64,000 nucleotides of DNA from Macrostomum lignano (Eukaryota), in contig NIVC01001151.1 in assembly GCA_002269645.1 (NCBI GenBank), positions 266,204 to 330,203 of the forward strand, in the 5' to 3' direction. The notes beneath the pieces were generated by a model that saw nothing but the letters and a program-made list of their open reading frames with translations, had not been told where the DNA came from and made no database searches. Position numbers and translations under genes: made by a program. Position 1 is the stretch's first letter; every line of letters begins with the position of its first letter. Below, one piece after another: positions 47,501 through 60,244 of this stretch.

Positions 47501-49367
47501 AGTGAGGGACAGAGATAAGGGAGTGAGGGAGAGAGATAAGGGTGTGAGGGACAGAGATAAGGGAGTGAGGGAGAGAGATAAGGGAGTGAGGGACAGAGAT
47601 AAGGGAGTGAGGGAGAGAGATAAGGGTGTGAGGGAGAGAGATAAGGGAGTGAGGGACAGAGATAAGGGAGTGAGGGACAGAGATAAGGGAGTGAGGGACA
47701 GAGATAAGGGAGTGAGGGAGGGAGATAAGGGAGTGAGGGACAGAGATAAGGGAGTGAGGGACAGAGATAAGGGAGTGAGGGACAGAGATAAGGGAGTGAG
47801 GGAGGGAGATAAGGGAGTGAGGGACAGAGATAAGGGAGTGAGGGACAGAGATAAGGGAGTGAGGGAGAGAGATAAGGGTGTGAGGGAGAGAGATAAGGGA
47901 GTGAGGGACAGAGATAAGGGAGTGAGGGACAGAGATAAGGGAGTGAGGGACAGAGATAAGGGAGTGAGGGAGGGAGATAAGGGAGTGAGGGACAGAGATA
48001 AGGGAGTGAGGGAGGCAGATAAGGGTGTGAGGGACAGAGATAAGGGTGTGAGGGACAGAGATAAGGGAGTGAGGGAGAGAGATAAGAGAGTGAGGGAGAG
48101 AGATAAGGGAGTGAGGGAGAGAGATAAGGGAGTGAGGGACAGAGATAAGGGAGTGAGGGAGAGAGAGATAAGGGAGTGAGGGAGAGAGATAAGGGAGTGA
48201 GGGAGAGAGATAAGGGTGTGAGGGACAGAGATAAGGGTGTGAGGGACAGAGATAAGGGAGTGAGGGAGGGAGATAAGGGAGTGAGGGACAGAGATAAGGG
48301 TGTGAGGGACAGAGATAAGGGTGTGAGGGACAGAGATAAGGGAGTGAGGGAGAGAGATAAGAGAGTGAGGGACAGAGTTAAGGGAGTGAGGGACAGAGAT
48401 AAGGGATTGAAGGAGAGAGATAAGGGAGTAAGGGAGAGAGATAAGGGTGTGAGGGACAGAGATAAGGGAGTAAGGGAGAGAGATAAGGGAGTGAGGGACA
48501 GAGATAAAGGAGAGAGGAAGAGAGATAAGGGATTGAAGGAGAGAGATAAGGGAGTGAGGAAGAGAGGTAAGTGAGCGAGGGAGTGATATCAGAGAAGATA
48601 GGAAAAGCTTATAGCTAGTATAATATCAATAAATAAAGTCAGAAAAAAGTTCAACGCAGACAGTTGCAGCATTGCAAAACTTCTAGAAAATACCACGCAG
48701 GGTTCAGTTCGTATAGGCGTGAAAATTATCACTGCAACAGCTGCTAGAATCATGGCTTGGTGGGTGCGGGTTTGTTTACCTCTGCCAAACTTCCGAAGTC
48801 CTTCTTGATCGAAGCTACATCGCTGACGCAACCGGATTTTCTCAGTAGATTCCTTCATCGCGACCTGTTGCGCAACCGCTATTATTATTAACACCGCGCC
48901 TTGAACGTGACTTGTTGGGGACGCCTGTAGCGTCTGAGGTTGCTATGGTTACACCCTTATGGACATGAACCAGATTCTCCATCTAAAGGGTTATAAAAAG
49001 GAAGCGAATTCTTGCCAAATGATGTTAAAAATTTATCTTAAAGTATAAAAAAAATGTTTGTGTCATGAAGTATGATTATTACTCAGACATATGAGAGTGA
49101 CAGTTCATGAAAATGACAGTTCAGGAGAGTGACAGTTCACGAGAGTGACAGTTCACGAGAGTGACAGTTCATGAGAGTGACAGTTCACGAGAGTGACAGT
49201 TCACGAGAGTGACAGTTCACGAGAGTGACAGTTCACGAGAGTGACAGTTCACGAGAGTGATAGTTCATGAGAGTGAAATTTTATTAAATTCCCTGCAGGC
49301 CGAAGCTCTGGACCGAGTCATACAGCTGGCCTTGAAGACCGAACTGAATGCCAGCCAGACAGCCTGA
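36444..49367 (+). CDS. DNAI4: Dynein axonemal intermediate chain 4 (WDR78), 15 exons, ~833 aa
   Basis: Exons 36444-36475, 37222-37477, 37806-38180, 38721-39009, 39565-39666, 40530-40636, 40718-40820, 41022-41185, 41564-41805, 42420-42710, 43139-43355, 43923-44020, 44372-44450, 47362-47439 and 49299-49367. GT-AG, phases consistent, total 2502 nt. Motifs [53 protein letters not shown]. Exons 1 and 5 are less certain. Confidence 0.92.
37577..37698. promoter_or_regulatory. Cluster of RFX X-box-like motifs in DNAI4 intron 2
   Basis: GCTTCCTTGGCAAC at 37656-37669 and 37685-37698 fits RYYNYYWWRRNRAC; a weaker GTGTCCTTGGCAAC lies at 37577-37590. Confidence 0.35.
38385..38595. repeat. (GTTA)n microsatellite
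   Basis: Direct inspection. Confidence 0.95.
39165..39440. repeat. Degenerate GT-rich ~15-bp minisatellite (GGTTTTATGGGGGTT)
   Basis: Direct inspection. Confidence 0.8.
40125..40400. repeat. ~64-bp minisatellite (CAGCCCCAGCTGGTTTTATTGCAAATTTTATTGGCCTACTGCCCCTCG...)
   Basis: About 4 units. Confidence 0.8.
41275..41505. repeat. Degenerate ~45-50-bp minisatellite (GAGATCCCACCGATTCCCAATGAGGATTTTTCTCCCATCC...)
   Basis: Direct inspection. Confidence 0.75.
41810..42410. repeat. 27-bp minisatellite (ATTAACACCCACCTCACTCCGCCAAGC)n interrupted by a MITE
   Basis: Direct inspection. Confidence 0.92.
42148..42335. mobile_element. hAT MITE, 188 bp
   Basis: TIRs CAGGCGCGGATCC / GGATCCGCCACTG; 8-bp TSD ACACCCAC at 42140-42147 and 42336-42343. 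Confidence 0.9.
42720..43090. repeat. 15-bp minisatellite (GGATTCGGGACTAAA)n
   Basis: Direct inspection. Confidence 0.93.
43440..43720. repeat. GGGATCT-based compound repeat
   Basis: Direct inspection. Confidence 0.8.
44660..45045. repeat. 19-bp minisatellite (GATGGGATGGGATCATTCT)n
   Basis: Direct inspection. Confidence 0.9.
45141..45515 (-). CDS. Paraxis/scleraxis (TCF15/SCX)-type bHLH transcription factor, 124 aa, antisense within DNAI4 intron 13
   Basis: [45 protein letters not shown] plus the family C-terminal QPC...CIFC motif. The true N-terminus is uncertain. Confidence 0.88.
   Translation of the reverse strand: MASRPNQTTQPHHHQPRERRRTADVNAAFGRLRCCIPTEPSDRKLSKVETLRLAARYIAHLRAVLTAGGHQPCALIGSTGSGLGATTGCIFCATEQRLRDRQQMLARQQQQQQQLMHEIETPMP
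45577..46260. repeat. 21-bp minisatellite (CTGTTACATGATCCTTTTGGT)n
   Basis: Direct inspection. Confidence 0.93.
47468..48575. repeat. 21-bp purine minisatellite (GAGATAAGGGAGTGAGGGACA)n
   Basis: About 52 units in the last DNAI4 intron. Confidence 0.95.
48939..48952. promoter_or_regulatory. RFX X-box consensus match in a CpG-rich patch
   Basis: GTTGCTATGGTTAC; the reverse strand GTAACC-AT-AGCAAC fits GTNRCC(N0-3)RGYAAC exactly. Confidence 0.4.
49095..49272. repeat. 16-bp minisatellite (GAGAGTGACAGTTCAC)n
   Basis: Direct inspection. Confidence 0.92.
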
Positions 49368-49789
49368 TCCCAGCTGGAGTTTGTTCCCAACTTCAGCAAA
49401 ACTGTGCTCCGCAGACTCTGACTGTCAAAGCTTATTAAATTTGAATTTGATATCAAAAACTTTTATTATTGCAGTTTCTACTCTTGCAGTGCCTCTTTTA
49501 TTTAGTTTTACAAAATAATGATTTTGCTTGCTTAAAATTTAATAATCTTTGTTGAGTTTTGGAAATAAAAATTTTTGTTGGTTGCTACTAATAGTAATAA
49601 TATTCTGTTTTTTTAATTTATTTGAAAATACAAAGTAGGTTCAAATAGATGTCAGACAATGGAAAATATGTTGAATATTCTGTCAGAGACAGGAAAATGA
49701 GTTTTGTATTTTGAAACAATTCAAAGTATTTTGAAGGTCTCGATGATTGCTTCTAATTGCTTCTCCAAACCAATTACGCTCTGAGCAAT

Positions 49790-49940
49790 ACCCCCTGACT
49801 GAATTCTGCAGCTGAGCAATACCCATTGACTCAATTCTGCCGCTGAGCAATACCCATTGACTCAATTCTGCCGCTGAGCAATACCCATTGACATAATTCT
49901 GCCGCTGAGCAATACCCCCTCTTGACTCAATTCTGCACCT
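49790..49940. repeat. 31-bp minisatellite (CTGAGCAATACCCATTGACTCAATTCTGCCG)n
   Basis: About 5 units. Confidence 0.85.
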
Positions 49941-50421
49941 GAAAAAAGTACATTAGCATTTAGATATTTTATCTTGAAATTCAGTACTAAGACAGGCAGC
50001 TAAAAGCCAGTCTGCTAGTTATTAGCCATCGAATATCTAACTTAAAAGGCAGGAATTGGCAATTTAAAAGTCATGCATGAATCGATTCTGCAGACGATGT
50101 CGCAGCTAAGAGCTACCACCCGTAACCATCTGGCTTTGGGACGATTGCAGCCTCCTTAAAACGATGGAAAAAAAGGCAATTTACTGCATCCGCAGCAGCT
50201 GGCAAAAAACCCACTAGAATAAAAAAGTTTTCAGAACTCAAGACGAAATCCTTCGCTGCTAAGTTCCCTCCCACAGCAGGTAACCTTGACAACTGAAACA
50301 AACACATTGCAAGAAGCCCGATGGGTGTGGAACATCTGTCTCTTTTGCCTTCCTACGACGAGTTCACGATCAAAAAGTGTCTAAAACTTTTGTCACAGAC
50401 AATTACAGTTCTGTTTCAAGC

Positions 50422-50930
50422 ATGAACTTCGCTGCCTTAACAGCGATACTGCTAGTTGAGGCCTTCTGCAGCCGCAACGGCTTTCAAGGCAAATTGCTTG
50501 ATCGATTTTGCATTAGTTATCCATGGCACTCCCATTTTTTTTTCTACCGCATCCAATACTGGCCATGCCTTACGTATGGAGTCTGCACACTGATTAGCCT
50601 GCGTAGCGTGACTCCCGCTGCTCAACTCTGTCTCGACGCCTCCACCGAAAGTCTCGTCGCTTTCGCGACCCTCGGTGCCGCTCCGTGCGTCCGACCGGCG
50701 ATGTTCGAAGCGGTGAACCTCCTGCCAGCTCGGCCGGACACTCTGGCTCTCCTGTTGTCCGACGATGGCACTCGGCTCTGTTCCTGACGGCCGGCAACGG
50801 CTCGAGACTCGACGCGACTCCGCTCACATCGGCGGCACAGCTGACTGCGGCCAGCTTTCGGACTCGACTGTCCGGAGCAGACGGCGGTGTCAGCTTTGAG
50901 AGCGTCCTGCGGCCGGGGATGTTTGTGGGA
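50422..50930 (+). pseudogene. Truncated, frameshifted copy of the AbfB/F-type lectin gene (copy 1)
   Basis: Signal-peptide-like MNFAALTAILLVEAFC, then an AbfB-like segment highly similar to 56029-56345. A +2 frameshift lies near 50765, and the copy breaks off into the 30-bp minisatellite. Confidence 0.75.
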
Positions 50931-50934
50931 CATT

Positions 50935-51670
50935 GTGGGACACAGTTGTAGAGTGGTCTTATAGATTTGACACAGTGTTTATAGTGGCCTTATAGATCCG
51001 AAACAGTTTTAGAGTGGTCTTATAGATTCGACACAATGGTAGAGAGGCCTTATAGATCAGACACAATGCCAGAGGAACCTTACAGATTAGACAGTGTTAG
51101 AGTGGTCTTATAGATCAGACACAGTGTTTATAGTGGGTTTATAGATCCGAAACAGTGTTAGAGTGGTCTTATAGATCAGACACAATGGTAAAGAGGCCTT
51201 ATAGATCAGACACAATGGTAGAGTGGTCTTATAGATCAGACACAGTGTTTATAGTGGCCTTATAGATCCGAAACAGTGTTAGAGTGGTCTTATAGATCAG
51301 ACACAATGGTAAAGTAGCCTTATAGATCAGACACAATGGTAGAGAGGCCTTATAGATCAGACACAATGGTAGAGTGGTCTTATAGATCAGACACAGTGTT
51401 TATAGTGGCCTTATAGATCCGAAACAGTGTTAGAGTGGTCTTATAGATCAGACACAATGATTGAGAGGCCTTATAGATCAGACACAATGGTAGAGAGGCC
51501 TTATAGATCAGACACAATGCTAGAATGGCCTTATAGATCAGACACAATGGTAGAGAGGCCTTATAGATCAGACACAATGGTAGAGAGGCCTTATAGATCA
51601 GACACAATGGTAGAGTGGTCTTATAGATCAGACACAGTGTTTATAGTGGCCTTATAGATCAGACACAGTG
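50935..51670. repeat. 30-bp minisatellite (GACACAATGGTAGAGAGGCCTTATAGATCA)n, left block
   Basis: Direct inspection. Confidence 0.93.
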
Positions 51671-51674
51671 TTCA

Positions 51675-53630
<1,956 letters not shown>

Positions 53631-54090
53631 AAGAGGCCTTATAGATCAGACAAAATGGTAGAGTGGTCTTATAGATCAGACACAGTGTTTATAGTGGCCT
53701 TATAGATCCGAAACAGTGTTAGAGTGGTCTTATAGATCAGACACAATGGTAGAGAGGCCTTATAGATCAGACACAATGGTAGAGTGGTCTTATAGATCAG
53801 ACACAATGGTAGAGAGGCCTTATAGATCAGACACAATGGTAGAGAGGCCTTATAGATCAGACACAATGGTAGAGTGGTCTTATAGATCAGACACAGTGTT
53901 TATAATGGCCTTATAGATCCGAAACAGTGTTAGAGTGGTCGAACAATGCTAGAATGGCCTTATAGATCAGACACAATGGTAGAGAGGCCTTATAGATAAG
54001 ACACAATGATGGAGAGGCCTTATAGATCAGACACAATGGTAAAGTGGTCTTATAGATCAGACACAATGGTAGAGAGGCCTTATAGATCAG
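53631..54090. repeat. 30-bp minisatellite, right block
   Basis: Same unit as 50935-51670. Confidence 0.93.
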
Positions 54091-54333
54091 ATACAGCTAG
54101 CCGTTAAGATCTGAATCATTTAGGTGAACATTAACGGGGCAAGTGAAGGCTCATTCACATGTGGCTGGGCAAATTGCTTCAAGCCAATCAGGCTCCAGGT
54201 AGAGACCTGTATATGCTGATGATCTGTGACTTCGCAGACAACTTGTCTGCTCATTTCTTTCTCCATCTTCTTGGGTTCCAAACTGCTGCTCAAGATTGTC
54301 ACTGCATTGCTTTGCAACACCGAGGACAAAACG

Positions 54334-57300
54334 ATGAGGCCTCTCGCCCTCTTGATGGCTCTTTCGGCTGCAATTCAGCTTCCAGACTTTTGTTCAGGTG
54401 AGACTGTTGCCTGTCTTTTTGGGTTTATTGCAATCAACGGAACTGCGTATCGAAGTTACAAGTAGTCACCCAGACCTAATCAGCACCTTACCACTCTGTA
54501 GCATAGACCAACTCCCTCAGGCATAGGTAATCACTCAGACCTAATCAGCACCTTACCACTCTGTAGCATAAGACCCACTCCCTCAGGCATAGGTAATCAC
54601 TCAGACCTAATCAGCACCTTACCACTCTGTAGCATAAGACCCACTCCCTCAGGCATAGGTAATCACTCAGACCGAATCAGCACCTTACCACTCTGTAGCA
54701 TAGACCCACTCCCTCAGGCATAGGTAATCACTCAGACCTAATCAGCACCTTACCACTCTGTAGCATAGACCCACTCCCTCAGGCATAAGTAATCACTCAG
54801 ACCTAATCAGCACCTTACCACTCTGTAGCATAGACCCACTCCCTCAGGCATAGGTAATCACTCAGACCTAATCAGCACCTTACCACTCTGTAGCATAGAC
54901 CCACTCCCTCAGGCATAGGTAATCACTCAGACCTAATCAGCACCTTACCACTCTGTAGCATAGACCCACTCCCTCAGGCATAGGTAATCACTCAGACCTA
55001 ATCAGCACCTTACCACTCTGTAGCATAGACCCACTCCCTCAGGCATAAGTAATCACTCAGACCTAATCAGCACCTTGCCACTCTGTAGCATAGACCCACT
55101 CCCTCAGGCATAGGAAATCACTCAGACCTAATCAGCACCTTGCCACTCTGTAGCATAGACCTCAGATATAGATATAGATCTAGATCTATAGATCACATAT
55201 AGATCTAGACACAGTCAAGACTACCTAAGCTATCAAGCAGCTTTACCACTCTGACACGAACCCCAGTCTAACACTAATTGGTAGTCACACAGCCTCTTCT
55301 TTACTAAAGAAGAAACAAGGGCTATAATGGCCTTGAATTCGTTATATTATTCTCCACTGCTCATTACTCAACAACCTTACGTCAGAAGGCAACCAGTCTG
55401 CCAACAATGAACTGCATGCGCTTGGAATTTAGAGTAGTTTCCCAGAAGGGAAGATATTTCTATTGAATTGATCAGCCATCTCTGTGTACCGTGCAATCCA
55501 TCAGAAAAATTGCTAGTCATGCTGGCTGCATCAAATGAATAGGGGGGGGGGGGGCTGCTCTGCTCGAAACGACAATCGGCCTCTAGTTTTTAATTCAAAG
55601 AAAATCGCTGCGATTGTTGTTGCTGCTTTGCTACGTGCCTGTGACCCTGCCGAGCCCCCCCGCGGAGGAACCGGGCCCCCATCTTCCTTGCTCGGTTCCA
55701 GGCGAATTTTTTTGTATGCCAGTGCCTAAAAAAGTTCGCCAGATTTTTGTATTTTGGTTGCATTTGTAGAAATTGAGCTAGCTAACTGCAGTGCATACGA
55801 CAGCCCTGACTTTCCTATCACCATAAATCATAAATTCACTCTGTGCAGATGGGGGTGCATCGCACGCCAAGCGAAAGGCCCATTCACACACTTTTACAAG
55901 CACCAGTCTATCGTAAAATTTTCACAAATAGATTAGCATAATAATTTACTCTGACTGAAAGCCCATCAACTTGGAATGCAGGTCTACCGCTGTGTCCCAA
56001 TGAGCAGCTCAGTCTCGCTGCTCAGCTGACTCCAGCTGCTCAACTCTGTCTCGACGCCTCCACCGAAAGCCTCGTCGCTTCCGCGACCCTCGGTGCCGCT
56101 CCGTGCGTCCGATCGGCGATGTTCGAAGCGGTGAACCTCCTGCCAGCTCGGCCGGACACTCTGGCTCTCCTGTTGTCCGACGGCGCTCCGACTCTGTTCC
56201 TGACGGCCGGCAACGGCTCGAGACTCGACGCGACTCCGCTCACATCGGCGGCACAGCTGACTGCGGCCAGCTTTCGGACTCGACTGTCCGGAGCAGACGG
56301 CGGTGTCAGCTTTGAGAGCGTCCTGCGGCCGGGGATTTTCGTCGGACTTTTGTCGCCGAACTCCACTGAGGCAGGCGGGTCGGCTGTGGGACTGACAGCG
56401 GCCGAGCTGAGCTTCACCGTGAACTGCAGCACTGGTGAGTCGGCTGAGGACCTCCTCTGTGGAGCTGTGAGCTGTCATTGTTGTTTAACTTTCTGAAAGC
56501 TCTGCTTTTTCAGCCGCTTCGTCCCTGCGGTCTCGCGGCCAGCCGGCCCGCTTCTCCACCATCAACTACGCCGGGCTGTACGCGTCCTCCCTGGTGGACG
56601 GAAACCACAATGGAAGATGGAGCTCCGGCTCGTGCGCTGAGACCTTCGCTTCCGACCCGACGCCCTGGTTCATGATCGACCTGCTGCGCGACTTCCTCAT
56701 CGACCGAGTGGACGTGTACAACCGTCAGGACTGCTGCTACACTCGGTTCCGACAGGTGACTCTCGGTGTGGGATCGGATCCGCAGTCGTGGGTCACCTGG
56801 TCGCCGAGCCAGTTCGCACAGGTGAATTACTACGCTGGTCCGGCGAGTCTGAGTCCTCAGGTAGTACCGTTTTCGGACATCCTGCTCGTTGGACGGTTCA
56901 TCGTGCTGCAGAAGAACGTCACGGGTCTGGCTTCCAATCAGCTGATCATGAACCTGTGCGAGGTCGAGGTCTTCGGCTGGGACGTCTGTGAGTGCTTTGC
57001 GTATGGATTTTTTCGCATAGATTAGAGCTTGCTTAGCAATCGCCACTTGTCGCCACTTGCAGTTCCACTCGTGTCGGAGGGCATGCCGACCGCCGCCAGT
57101 TCTGCAGTCAGCACTGAGTTGTCAGTCGATGCCAAACTCAGCAACTGCTTCAACTCGCCGATCGCAACATCCAATGACTCCACCGCGTGGCTTCTCGTGG
57201 ACTTTCTGCGTCCGGTGCAGTTGCACGAAGCCTCAGTCATTCTGGCTGTTCAGGCAGCGTCCAATGCTGAAACCAGTTTGCAGTTTTACGGAGTGCAAGA

Positions 57301-57473
57301 CGCATCGTCCAACGGCACTGCTCTGGCAAACGTGTCATTTAGAGGCAACAAAGTTGGCCAAGTTCAACAGCGAGTGCATCTCAAGGACCGGACTGGTCAG
57401 ATGGTTCGGATGACCATTGACGGGACGTCGCAGCTGTCCATCTGCGAGATTCAGGTGTTCGCAGCTTCAGTTG
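54334..57473 (+). CDS. Secreted modular lectin-like protein (copy 2): signal peptide, AbfB/CBM42-like domain, F-type lectin, degenerate F-type domain; 3' end disrupted
   Basis: Exons 54334-54397, 55982-56434, 56514-56987 and 57063-57473, all joined by phase-1 introns with an open frame. AbfB motif ASFRTRLSGADGGVSFESVLRPG; F-type motifs VDGN...GSC, PWFMIDL, NRQDCC, GRF, LCEVEVF. Confidence 0.82.
54465..55160. repeat. 65-bp minisatellite in intron 1 of lectin copy 2
   Basis: About 10.5 near-identical units with no spacers. Confidence 0.95.
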
Positions 57474-57495
57474 GTGAGGATTAGTTTTTAGTGAC
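55425..57495 (+). repeat. Left arm of a >=2.07-kb inverted duplication (partner 61935-64000)
   Basis: The reverse complement of the window end matches 55425 onward; identity ends at TTAGTGAC (57495 / 61935). Confidence 0.95.
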
Positions 57496-58850
57496 TCTCT
57501 ATCTTCACTATGATCTTCCCGACTCAGTTCGGTAACCAGAGCCAATTCGCTTGATGTAACGCCATCGAGGGATTGTACTGGTAAATGCTTCCAGTTGGTC
57601 ATCTTTCTCCAGTGTCTAATAAACTAACAATGTGTTTGTATTCTCAAAGGCTTCAGACTGCGCTTCTGTCCTCTTTCTGCCCAACAAAAGGCTCGCTTTC
57701 TGTTGCAGCTACTTATGTCTATGGTTCAAGCCAGACCCTAGACGTCGAATTAGAAATCATATAGACAACTAACCATTGCAGCTACTTATGTCTATGGTTC
57801 AAGCCAGACCCTAGACGTCTAATTTTAGACATGCATTGTCCAGAAGACACAGCCTGGCGTAATGACAAACTCAACTGGCCATTATTTCAGCTTTAACAGA
57901 CGTTTGAACCATAGACGATTAGTTAAAGTATTCATATATTAACTGGCATAAGGGAATAATGTTCACAGTAATGATAATCATAACAATAGTAATATTTGTG
58001 AGAAGAAAAATGATAGTCAAAACTATTTAGCCACAAAACTATTTAGCAGAAAACGCGCCTAACACAAAAACAACATAGTAGTCGTAGTCTGTTCATCAGA
58101 AGTTGCTCATTAAAAATGAAATGTGCAATCCTTGAAGTGGCAATTCTCGAAAAACCGAACTGGCAACGACTGGATTTCCACGGCGTCAAGGTTGACTCCA
58201 TCTTCGGCGGGAGGCAGCTCCGGCAAGTCTTCGAGCCACTTGATAAATGAACTCAATTCTACATCCTGTTGATGCTCCTTTGCACTTAGCTCGGATAGTA
58301 GTTCTAACTCATATCTAGATACTCCGTTAAGGCTGTCCACGGGAAGATGCGACCAATTGATAAGCGCCACAGCCGAAAAAAGAAAAGACAGCTCTGTTAA
58401 TCCCCGATCTCGACTATCTCTACTTCTCGTCAGCTCAAGCCTATCATCAGCTTATTCATTTATAGTCTATGGCCCAACAGCTTTTTTATTTATAGTCTAT
58501 GGCCCAACCACCGCCCTCCTTACGCAGTCGCACGCACGCAGACTCTTACCCTGAAATAATGACCGCTTCCGGCACGCTGAAATAATGGCCAGGCTGTGTC
58601 TTATAGACAATGACGTTGCGTAGTAGGTAAGGGGCTGAAATAATGGCCTTAGACACTCGTGCGCGGGCAATCTACCATTGCCACATATGTAGCTCGTAGC
58701 AATGCATGATTGTCACACGCTTCGCGAGTGGCTTGATCAATAGGACAATAATATTGTCTATATGATTTCTTCCATAGACAATGCTCGAAGCCACTCGAGG
58801 CAATTCGTACATTGCCTATATCAGAAATCATTTAGACAACTAACCATTGC
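57496..58850 (-). other. Unclassified insertion with two diverged copies of a small unknown ORF and short direct repeats
   Basis: ORF 58110-58370 (INWSHLPVDSLNGVSRYELELLSELS...FFENCHFKDCTFHF*) and a truncated homolog at 57496-57610 (TNWKHLPVQSLDGVTSSELALVTELS); ~44-bp direct repeat at 57704 and 57776. Confidence 0.45.
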
Positions 58851-59344
58851 TAGGGTTTTCTATGCTCGTATAGATAACAGATTTTGCAAAGATTTGCTGT
58901 TTTACACAGTGCTAATGGGGTTATGCCATAGAAAAATGCACTAAAGTGATGGGAACATGGATGAAGGATTCCTTCCTTCATCCATGGATGGGAACAGCTG
59001 AAATTTCTTCGATGTTCGACTTCGTTGACTTTTAACGCTTTGAACAAAGCCCTAATATTAACAAGACAAATAAAGAGGAAATAGCCAGAGCTGAGGCTAC
59101 GGAGCAGACCCACGTTGGCTGCCAATTCATTTGTTTCTTTGTTGGAAAAAGACACAACAGTTTTGTATTCATTACTTTATTGCTGCCTAGTGCCTGATCA
59201 CAATGCATGGAAAAGGCCAGCTCATTGGAGTGCAACAAGTTTTCATTTGGTGCCTGCGTGATTTGTAAGGAAGGCTGCTTGCGTGCGGGAGATAATACTA
59301 TTCATATATGAAAGTGTTTTGACGGTCATCAGCAACCTTAGTTA

Positions 59345-59880
59345 ACAAAATTCACAAACAGCACACCTGTCGCCTGTGGATTCCCGGGCCAGTATTCCTG
59401 TGGATTCCCGAGACGTCCTGCTGAGCGACTTCCTCGTTGACCGAGTTTACGTGTGGATCCGATTATCAGGGGTGGCTGGAAAAGTTGCTGAGCCAGTTCA
59501 CGCTGGTGAACTGCTCTGCTGGTCCGGCGGCTGCTGCTGGAAGTCCGAAAACTTTTACACACATCAGGCGTGTTGGACGTTTCGTCATGCTGCAGAAGAA
59601 TGCCACTGGTCTCGCTTCTGAGCAGCTCGTCATGAGCCTGAACGAACTTGAAGTGTTCGGTTGAGACGTCTGTAAGTTCGAGTTTATTGTTACCTTGAGC
59701 CTGGAGATGATGCTTCCTGTGCAGCTGCACGAAGTGTTTCTCACCGCGACCGTTCTGGACGTCATCAAAACGGAGATCACCTTCGATTTACCCATCATTG
59801 GAGACGAATGGACTGACGAAATCAAAATCACGAAATTCTACAGAACCGGAGATCATGACCGAGTGCGCGCGGGTACCTGA
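59345..59880 (+). pseudogene. Decayed paralogous F-type lectin exon plus a fragment of the degenerate F-type exon
   Basis: LLSDFLVDRV...VGRFVMLQKNATGLASEQLVMSLNELEVFG*DV (TGG>TGA; same GAC GTC T|GT donor as copy 2), then PVQLHE. Internal deletions are present. Confidence 0.8.
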
Positions 59881-59997
59881 ATGACTGGACGGGCGGGTCG
59901 TTGCAGCTGACCATTTCCGGCATGTTTTTACACCAAAAAGAGCAGCAACTTTATCAAGAAACGTTTGCTTCAACTTGATCATCTGCTTCACTCCCAG

Positions 59998-60237
59998 CTC
60001 CGATTCTGTGCGGCGGCGGCGGCGAGGCCTTCGAGCTCTGGGAGGCCAAGCCGAACACATCCAGCGGCACCCGCCGACTTCTGCACTGCACCGATCCGCT
60101 GCCGCAGCCGGCAGCTCAGTCCGGTTGCCATGGCTACGCCGAACGCGTTAGCAACCGACTGGCTGCCCCTGAGGCTGCTGCAGCGGCCGGCTCTGAGCCC
60201 GGCTGGCGCGGCCGCCTTCGGCAGGCGGTCGGCGGAG
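59998..60237 (+). pseudogene. Truncated, frameshifted paralog of the second AbfB-like exon
   Basis: Acceptor CTCCCAG|CT then PILCGGGGEAFELWEAKPNTSSG; homologous to minus-strand 61638-61400; ends at the 14-bp minisatellite. Confidence 0.8.
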
Positions 60238-60244
60238 TGTACAG

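Noticed and set aside
47286-48574. DKGVRDR-repeat ORFs as a charged adhesive-like protein
   Set aside because: They lie in a DNAI4 intron right after a GTAAGT donor and simply translate a 21-bp repeat.
48589-48894. 101-aa ORF with two hydrophobic segments
   Set aside because: No recognisable family; the hydrophobic part is T-rich sequence after a likely donor at 48780. Kept only as a possible uORF.
57021-57025. In-frame TAG between the two F-type domains as a readthrough site
   Set aside because: It lies within a 75-nt intron (56988-57062); the phase-1 acceptor at 57063 restores the frame.
55982-57473. Recent horizontal transfer or bacterial contamination for the AbfB domains
   Set aside because: Each domain is bounded by canonical spliceosomal introns and host-type repeats. 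An ancient origin cannot be judged without a phylogeny.
60124-60137. Near-perfect X-box GTTGCCATGGCTAC (also in 61500-61520)
   Set aside because: It falls in coding sequence (VAMAT) of a non-ciliary gene and is probably incidental.
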